DNA from: a virus
Lineage: Duplodnaviria > Caudoviricetes
Reading direction: 5' to 3' (one strand)
IMG/VR virus record: IMGVR_UViG_3300031992_000018
Span: 64,001-128,000 of that record
DNA length: 64,000 bases
Shown piece after piece: positions 57,537 through 64,000 of the stretch. The stretch's first letter is position 1, and each line of letters starts with the position of its first letter. The position numbers and the translations under genes were made by a program. A model generated the notes under the pieces. That model was not told the origin of the DNA and did no database searches. It saw nothing but the letters and a program-made list of their open reading frames with translations.

Positions 57537-59196
57537 ATTTTTCTTCTCTACTATGTTTATTGTATTCTGATGAATGAAATTCTTCTTCAAAAGTATGTTT
57601 AGCACCAGGATTAATCATATAAGCCATTTTTGCCATTATATCTCTATTAAGAAGAACTGGTGTTGATTTCTTTCTATTATCAACAAGAGCAAAATCTACA
57701 TTAAGTAATTTTCTTGAACCAATCTGAATACAAGGTACTATTACAGTAACTCTTTCTTCACGTACTTGTCCAACTATAGGGTTTGAAACCCCACTTTTCT
57801 TAAATCTATATGTTTTACCATTTATAACTGCTGATACTTTATCTCCAACTACTTCAACTGATTCACAACCAATTGTAGAAGCTTTAGCGCCATTACCTGT
57901 ATCAAATTTAGCTTCAAGTTCAAATTCTGAATCATTATCCATAATAAACTTCATATTTTCAATATAACCAATTGATTTAGGTGCAAGTACAAGCTCATTA
58001 ATATCATTGATTGCATCAAGAAGTATCTTACAGAAATTTTCTCCAATTACTTCAGAAATACCTTCTGTACCTGGAGAGCAGTTATATTCAAGAACAACAT
58101 TATCTCCAATCTCTGGATTAGAACCTTTTACAAGAGGCATAATATCAACAGCACACCAAGGCATACCTGAAATCTTTGCTACATTTAATGCAATATCTTC
58201 TTGTTCTTTAGTAATTTCAACTTTTTCAGCTTCTGCACCAAGAGATACATTACTTCTGAAATCACCACCAAGTTTCTTTCTCTTCATACATGCAAGAATT
58301 GTTTGTTTTGTTCTGCTTGTAAGAACATGCACTCTGATATCACCACCATCAGCTTCTTCTTTCTTTTGAAGAAGTAATTCTCTTTCAGGGTCAATAGCAA
58401 ATATTGCTTGAAGAATTGCAAGAATACCTTTACCTGTTGTCATGAATACACCTGTTCCACCATGACCATCAAGAATCTTTACAACATATTCTCTCTTTTC
58501 ATCTTCTTCTTTATTTTCACCTACTTCTTTATAAATAAGTTTAAGTTTCTTCTGAAGAGATTCTTCACCTTTAGATACATCTTTTGAAGAAAGAAGACAG
58601 AATTTTGGTTGTGGAATATCATATCTTTTCATAAGAACAGCTGAAGCATATTTATTACTTGCTCTTTTAGCTGCTTGAATTGGATTAAGAACAAAAAGAC
58701 CCCAATCTTGAAGTTCTTTAATACATTCCATACATTCTTCACTATCTTGTGCACCAAGACGTGCAATAACTATTGTATCTATATTTGATTGATCTGTTAT
58801 AGTAAATTTCTCTTTAGAATCTTTAATTTCAATTTTCTTATCATCTGCACTATAATCAACTTCTTCAGAAACAAATGTTATAAGATTTACATCTGTATTT
58901 TTAAGTGCATCTTGAAGGTTTTTAAGAGTTTTATTTTTTGAAGCATCTCTTTCATTTGTAAAGAAGATAATATTCTTAAAGAAATATTCTTCATTTCTTT
59001 TTATTTTTTCAGCATTCTGTACAGTATCATTTTTTGCACCTAATTGTTCAGCTGCTTGATCAACTGCTTGGTCTTCTGAACCAGGTTTTTCTGGATTTTT
59101 TTCTGCACCAGTATTTTCTTCTGCTTCTAAAATAGATTCTACTTCATCTATTGATTTAATAAATTTTGATTCTAAAAGTTCAGTTAAAGTTTTCAT
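57535..59196 (-). CDS. RimK-like ATP-grasp ligase fused to a retropepsin-like (RimB/Zn_protease family) domain, with CTS-like leader
   Basis: VVKILDGHGGTGV, DIRV, DFRSNVSLGA, AVDI, LEYNCSPG; C-terminal AKFDTGNG...LLNR; leader MKTLTELLE. Confidence 0.85.
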   Translation of the reverse strand: MKTLTELLESKFIKSIDEVESILEAEENTGAEKNPEKPGSEDQAVDQAAEQLGAKNDTVQNAEKIKRNEEYFFKNIIFFTNERDASKNKTLKNLQDALKNTDVNLITFVSEEVDYSADDKKIEIKDSKEKFTITDQSNIDTIVIARLGAQDSEECMECIKELQDWGLFVLNPIQAAKRASNKYASAVLMKRYDIPQPKFCLLSSKDVSKGEESLQKKLKLIYKEVGENKEEDEKREYVVKILDGHGGTGVFMTTGKGILAILQAIFAIDPERELLLQKKEEADGGDIRVHVLTSRTKQTILACMKRKKLGGDFRSNVSLGAEAEKVEITKEQEDIALNVAKISGMPWCAVDIMPLVKGSNPEIGDNVVLEYNCSPGTEGISEVIGENFCKILLDAINDINELVLAPKSIGYIENMKFIMDNDSEFELEAKFDTGNGAKASTIGCESVEVVGDKVSAVINGKTYRFKKSGVSNPIVGQVREERVTVIVPCIQIGSRKLLNVDFALVDNRKKSTPVLLNRDIMAKMAYMINPGAKHTFEEEFHSSEYNKHSREEK

Positions 59197-59285
59197 ATAT
59201 ATTTTATAAAAAATTTATCTATATAAAAATAAAAGATAAAAGAATAAATATCTATATTATATAAGAAATATATTTAAGATAATGA

Positions 59286-59855
59286 ATGATAAATTCAAAG
59301 TTAAATGATTATTTATATAATATAGATAATTTAAGAAATATTGACCGTTATCAAATAGCTCATAAGATTACAAAAGAAACAGTTGCTGAACATTCTTTTT
59401 TTGTTGCTTCTTATATATTAAAACTTCATGATTATTATAATTTTAATTTAGAGAAGGCACTTACTATGGGTTTACTTCATGATTTTAGTGAAGTATTTAT
59501 TAGTGATGTACCTCATCCAATTAAGATGGCTTTTCCTGATATAAATAAACAATTAGAAAAAGCTGAATATGATATGAATAGTAAATATATATCTAAGGAT
59601 TTTGCTGATAATCTTGAAGAATTTAATAATCTTACGACTGTTGAAGGTAAAATTGTAAATGTAGCTGATATTCTTTCAGTTATATCATATTCTAAATATG
59701 AAATATCTCTTGGAAATTCTCAATATATGAAAGATGTTCTTAATAGAGGATTAATGAGAATTAAAGATGCTCTTGATTTAATTGAAGATAATATAAAACC
59801 AGAATATAAAACATTTGATATATTATCTGAAATTATTGATTTTTCAAAACGATAA
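59286..59855 (+). CDS. HD-domain 5'-deoxynucleotidase/dNTPase (YfbR/DatZ-like)
   Basis: RY......ETVAEHSF.VA, LLHDFSE...SDVP.P.K, V..AD. Confidence 0.8.
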   Translation: MINSKLNDYLYNIDNLRNIDRYQIAHKITKETVAEHSFFVASYILKLHDYYNFNLEKALTMGLLHDFSEVFISDVPHPIKMAFPDINKQLEKAEYDMNSKYISKDFADNLEEFNNLTTVEGKIVNVADILSVISYSKYEISLGNSQYMKDVLNRGLMRIKDALDLIEDNIKPEYKTFDILSEIIDFSKR

Positions 59856-59927
59856 TTATATATTAGATTATATGGAGAAATATAGTCTATATAATCTATG
59901 TTTTAAAATATATTACAAATTAAATAT

Positions 59928-62900
59928 ATGAGTAAAAGAAAAGATCTTAAAAAGATTATGGTCATAGGTAGTGGTCCAATTGTAATTGGTCAAGCTGCCG
60001 AATTTGATTATGCTGGTACACAAGCATGTCTTGCACTTAAAGAAGAAGGATATGAAGTTATTCTTGTAAATTCTAATCCAGCAACAATTATGACAGATAC
60101 TAATATTGCTGATAAGGTTTATATGGAACCTTTGACTTTTGATTATGTATCTAAAATTATTTATAAAGAACGTCCAGATGGTATTGTACCAGGTCTTGGT
60201 GGTCAGACAGGATTAAATCTTGTAACAGAACTTTCACAAAAAGGTGTTCTTGATGAATGTGGTGTAGAAGTTCTTGGTACATCATTTGAAAGTATAAATA
60301 TTGCTGAAGACAGAGAAAAATTTAAAAACTTTTGTATTGATAATAATATTCCTGTAATTCCTTCGGAGATTGTACATGATATTCAAGGTGCTATTAATGC
60401 AGCATCTTCAATTGGATATCCTGTTGTTCTTCGTCCAGCATTCACTCTTGGTGGAACAGGTGGTGGATTTGCTTATAATGAAGATGAATTAAAGGAACAT
60501 ATGATAAATGCTCTTAATCTTTCACCTATTCATCAGGTACTTATAGAAAAGAGTGTAAAAGGTTATCGTGAGATTGAATTTGAAGTAATGAGAGATAACA
60601 ATAACAATGCTATATGTATTTGTGGAATGGAAAATGTTGATCCTGTTGGAATTCATACAGGTGATTCAATTGTTGTTGCTCCATGTATAACAGTTTGTAA
60701 AAATGATTATGAAAGGTTAAAAAATGATGCTTTAAAGATTATTAAGAAATTACAAATTGCTGGTGGATGTAATGTACAGTTTGCTCTTTCTCAAGAAGAT
60801 GAAGATAAATATTATATTATTGAAATTAATCCTCGTGTATCTCGTTCATCAGCTCTTGCATCAAAAGCATCTGGTTATCCTATTGCAAGAGTAACTGCTA
60901 AGATTGCTGTTGGTTATAATCTTAATGAAATAAATCTTGATGATCATACAGCATTGTTTGAACCTTGTCTTGATTATATAATTGCTAAATTCCCAAGATT
61001 TCCATTTGATAAATTTGAAGAAGCTAAAGATGAACTTTCAACTCAGATGAAAGCAACTGGTGAAGTTATGTCAATTGGTAAAACTCTTGAAGAAGCTTTC
61101 TTAAAGGGTCTTAGAAGTCTTGAAACAAAAACATATCATTTATATAATTCTAAATTTGATCATTTTAAGAAACAAGAACTTATTGAATATATTTCAACTG
61201 ATGCATATGATAAGATTTTTGCTATAGCACAACTTCTTAGGATTGGTGTATCTGTAAAAGAAATATTTAATAAGACAATGATATGTGAAGATTTTTTAGT
61301 AGCATTTAGAAATATTGTTGAATTTGAAGAGAAGGTAGAACATTATGGCAAAGATGAAAATGCTGATTTTGGTGATATAATTTATAGAGCAAAGTTATTA
61401 GGTTTTTCTGATGAAGAAATAGCTCATCTTATAGATACAGATCCTTATGAAATTACTAAATATCGTTTAGATAATGGTTATGTACCAAAATATAGAATAG
61501 TTGATTGTTATTGTTATAGATATTCTATTGATATAAATGGTAAAGAATATGAACATAAGAGATCAATTCCTTATTTCTATTCAACATATAATGATCTTGT
61601 AGAAAATGAATCAGTAAGAAGTAATAAAAAGAAAATCATAGTTCTTGGTTCTGGTCCTATACGTATTGGTCAAGGTGTAGAATTTGACTATTCTACAGTA
61701 CATGCAATATGGGCTATCAAGAATATGGGTTATGAAGCTATTATCATTAATAACAATCCTGAAACAGTTTCAACAGACTACACTATTTCTGATAAACTTT
61801 ATTTTGAACCTCTTACTGTTGAGGATGTAATGAATGTAATTAATTTTGAAAAACCTGATGGAGTAATTGTATCTCTTGGTGGACAAACAGCAGTAAATCT
61901 TGCTAATCCTCTTTCTAAGTTCAATATTCCAATTATAGGTACTGGAATTGAAGCAATTAATAATGCTGAAGATAGAAAGATTTTTGAAAGCATTCTTGAA
62001 GAACTTAATATTCCTCAACCAAAAGCTATTGCTGTAACAAATATTGAAGATGGTTTAAAAGCTGCTAATGAAATTGGTTATCCAGTACTTGTTCGTCCAA
62101 GTTTTGTTCTTGGTGGTCGTGCAATGATGATTGTTGGTAATGATGATACTCTTAAGCATTATCTTGCTAATGCTGTTGCTCTTGATGAAAAATCTCCAGT
62201 TCTTATTGATAAATATATACAAGGTATTGAGTGTGAAGTAGATGCAATATGTGATGGAGAAACAGTACTTATTCCAGGTATAATGGAACATATTGAAAGA
62301 ACTGGTGTTCATTCTGGAGACTCTATAAGTATATATCCTTCAGTTAAATTAACTGATATAAATAAACAAAGGATTATTGAATATACAAAGAAACTTGGTG
62401 TAAGAATTGGTATTAAAGGATTATTTAATATTCAATATATTGCTAATGGTGATGATATTTATGTTATTGAGGTAAATCCAAGAAGTTCTAGAACAATTCC
62501 ATTCTTAAGTAAGTCTACTAATATTCCTATGGCAAAAATTGCTACAGAAATAATGTTAGGTAAGAAATTAGTTGATTATGGATATCCTGAATATATTCCT
62601 GAAAAGAATTCATATTTTATCAAAACTCCTGTATTTTCATTTAATAAACTTATAGGTGTTGAGTCATATTTGTCACCAGAGATGAAATCTACAGGTGAGG
62701 CGATAGGTATTGATAAAACTTTCACAAAAGCTCTCCAGAAGAGTTTGTGCGCCTCTGGATTAAAGATTAAAGACCATGGTACGATATTCGTAAGTGTATA
62801 TGATGATGATCGTGAAGAAGTATTACCTATTATAAAGAGATTTTATGATTTAGGATTTAATATTGAATCTATAAATGGTACAGCTACTTTCTTAAAAGAA

Positions 62901-63149
62901 CATGGTATACATACTAAGACTCTTAAGAATCTTTCATATTATGATCTTATTAGAAATGGACACTTTACATATATAATCAATAGGATTAATGTAAATCAGC
63001 ATTCATCTCATCTTGATGATTATGGTATTCGTCACGTTGCTACTGAATGTAATGTACCAGTATTTACATGTCTTGATACAGTAAATGCACTTCTTGATGT
63101 TATTGAAGATATAACATTAAACGTTAATGATATTACTAAATTCAATTAA
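59928..63149 (+). CDS. carB: carbamoyl-phosphate synthase large subunit
   Basis: GSGPIVIGQAAEFDY, RPAFTLGGTGGG, GIHTGDS, EINPRVSRSS; second ATP-grasp RPSFVLGGRAM, GVHSGDS, EVNPRSSRT; C-terminal MGS-like domain. Confidence 0.97.
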   Translation: MSKRKDLKKIMVIGSGPIVIGQAAEFDYAGTQACLALKEEGYEVILVNSNPATIMTDTNIADKVYMEPLTFDYVSKIIYKERPDGIVPGLGGQTGLNLVTELSQKGVLDECGVEVLGTSFESINIAEDREKFKNFCIDNNIPVIPSEIVHDIQGAINAASSIGYPVVLRPAFTLGGTGGGFAYNEDELKEHMINALNLSPIHQVLIEKSVKGYREIEFEVMRDNNNNAICICGMENVDPVGIHTGDSIVVAPCITVCKNDYERLKNDALKIIKKLQIAGGCNVQFALSQEDEDKYYIIEINPRVSRSSALASKASGYPIARVTAKIAVGYNLNEINLDDHTALFEPCLDYIIAKFPRFPFDKFEEAKDELSTQMKATGEVMSIGKTLEEAFLKGLRSLETKTYHLYNSKFDHFKKQELIEYISTDAYDKIFAIAQLLRIGVSVKEIFNKTMICEDFLVAFRNIVEFEEKVEHYGKDENADFGDIIYRAKLLGFSDEEIAHLIDTDPYEITKYRLDNGYVPKYRIVDCYCYRYSIDINGKEYEHKRSIPYFYSTYNDLVENESVRSNKKKIIVLGSGPIRIGQGVEFDYSTVHAIWAIKNMGYEAIIINNNPETVSTDYTISDKLYFEPLTVEDVMNVINFEKPDGVIVSLGGQTAVNLANPLSKFNIPIIGTGIEAINNAEDRKIFESILEELNIPQPKAIAVTNIEDGLKAANEIGYPVLVRPSFVLGGRAMMIVGNDDTLKHYLANAVALDEKSPVLIDKYIQGIECEVDAICDGETVLIPGIMEHIERTGVHSGDSISIYPSVKLTDINKQRIIEYTKKLGVRIGIKGLFNIQYIANGDDIYVIEVNPRSSRTIPFLSKSTNIPMAKIATEIMLGKKLVDYGYPEYIPEKNSYFIKTPVFSFNKLIGVESYLSPEMKSTGEAIGIDKTFTKALQKSLCASGLKIKDHGTIFVSVYDDDREEVLPIIKRFYDLGFNIESINGTATFLKEHGIHTKTLKNLSYYDLIRNGHFTYIINRINVNQHSSHLDDYGIRHVATECNVPVFTCLDTVNALLDVIEDITLNVNDITKFN

Positions 63150-63192
63150 TAAAAATTACTATATTAAATAAAATTAAAATAATTTATATAAT

Positions 63193-64000
63193 ATGAAGAG
63201 TTTACTTTTAACACTTGGACATAATTCATCCGCAATTTTTGTAGAAGATGGTAAAACACCTATTGGTTATGAAGAAGAAAGATTAACAGGTATTAAATCT
63301 GATTCACAGTTTCCTACTGATGCAATTCATGAAATTGCTAGAAATGTAGGTATTAAGAATATGAAAGGTTGTAAGATATTTATTTCACATTGGTTTGATT
63401 TTATTCCTAATGTAATACCTAATAAATATATTACTCAGACTGATATTGACAATCTTAAAGAAATTTCTGATGATATTACCTTTGTATCTCCAGAATTTAC
63501 ACATCATGATGCTCATGCTTATGCTGGTAAGAGTTTCTTTGATTATCATTTCTCAAAGTTAAATACTGATCCTTATTGTGATGTTTCTCTTAAACTTCAG
63601 CAGAATAAAGATATTTATGTTATTGTAGCTGATGGTTTTGGTAATAATGGTGAGGTTCTTTCAGTTTATAAAATTAATGATTATTTAAATAATAGATTTA
63701 GTAATCTTAATCTTGAACATAGAGTTTATGGATATAAGAATTCTATTGGTCTTATGTATCAGTATGCAACTTCTTATGTTGGTATGAAAGAAAATCAAGA
63801 TGAGTATAAATTCCTTGGATATGAAGCTCATATTGATGAATATCTTAATAAATATAAGATTGATATTCTTGATGCATATATCAAAGAACTTGTAAATACT
63901 CTTTGGGAAGGATTTGAAAGAGATACTAATACTAATGTATATAAAAAGTGTGAATATTTAATTAATTTTGATTCACTTAAAGAAACTAAAGAATATTTCC
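63193..64000 (+). CDS. O-carbamoyltransferase (CmcH/NodU/TobZ family), truncated by the window edge; absent from the ORF track
   Basis: Hand translation: GHNSSA...YEEERL...KSDS.FP..AI, HHDAHA, ADGFG, SIGLMY, EYKFLG. Confidence 0.9.
   Translation, partial: MKSLLLTLGHNSSAIFVEDGKTPIGYEEERLTGIKSDSQFPTDAIHEIARNVGIKNMKGCKIFISHWFDFIPNVIPNKYITQTDIDNLKEISDDITFVSPEFTHHDAHAYAGKSFFDYHFSKLNTDPYCDVSLKLQQNKDIYVIVADGFGNNGEVLSVYKINDYLNNRFSNLNLEHRVYGYKNSIGLMYQYATSYVGMKENQDEYKFLGYEAHIDEYLNKYKIDILDAYIKELVNTLWEGFERDTNTNVYKKCEYLINFDSLKETKEYF

Noticed and set aside
59286-59855. Z-genome (2-aminoadenine) pathway via DatZ
   Set aside because: No purZ or mazZ in the window; the neighbours point to carbamoylation instead. 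Substrate remains undetermined.
1313-62312. Antisense or overlapping ORFs in the track (e.g. 1313-1693, 9685-10122, 11360-11857, 22456-22968, 26707-27123, 46383-46700, 58007-58369, 61770-62312)
   Set aside because: They are shadow frames of well-supported genes, with biased composition and no recognisable motifs.
59928-63149. Bacterial chromosome or contaminating host segment
   Set aside because: Same AT content, SD-less starts and CTATATT upstream motifs as the surrounding phage genes; no carA/pyr operon context.
1-64000. TAG-to-Gln recoding (code 15) as in Lak phages
   Set aside because: Long genes, including late structural ones, are intact in code 11 and I found no TAG-split genes. TAG occurs at plausible gene ends (9137, 13396, 18807, 36622).

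Overview
64 kb of a very AT-rich (roughly 25% GC by eye), gene-dense dsDNA jumbo/mega-phage of the T4-related myovirus type. Recognisable T4-like morphogenesis genes are gp4 head completion, gp2 DNA end protector, gp6/gp25-like baseplate, a gp19-like tube fold, a 2,096-aa tape-measure-like protein and a tail fibre. They are interspersed with nucleotide/tRNA metabolism genes (CCA-adding enzyme, dUTPase, GMP-reductase-like, Nudix, two HD hydrolases, DinG helicase, RuvC), four glycosyltransferase-like genes and many small ORFs. No Shine-Dalgarno motifs are evident; together with a Bacteroidales-type CCA enzyme and DUF4494 this suggests a gut Bacteroidales host (Lak-like phage, inference), but the genes read through in code 11. 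Main findings: (1) About 21 unrelated proteins share an N-terminal leader MK.L.EY[IL].E resembling the T4 capsid-targeting sequence. They are concentrated in a minus-strand array at 41-51 kb whose junctions are duplicated DNA with an apparent age gradient, suggesting a cassette-like system for loading cargo into the virion. (2) An HD nucleotidase + carB + O-carbamoyltransferase cluster suggests self-supplied carbamoyl DNA hypermodification. (3) An ORF-free, promoter/terminator-bounded ~350-390 nt structured RNA candidate lies at 56.0-56.4 kb. (4) Promoter-like motif classes separate early/metabolic genes from structural genes. All family assignments are from motif recognition by eye; no database searches were run.
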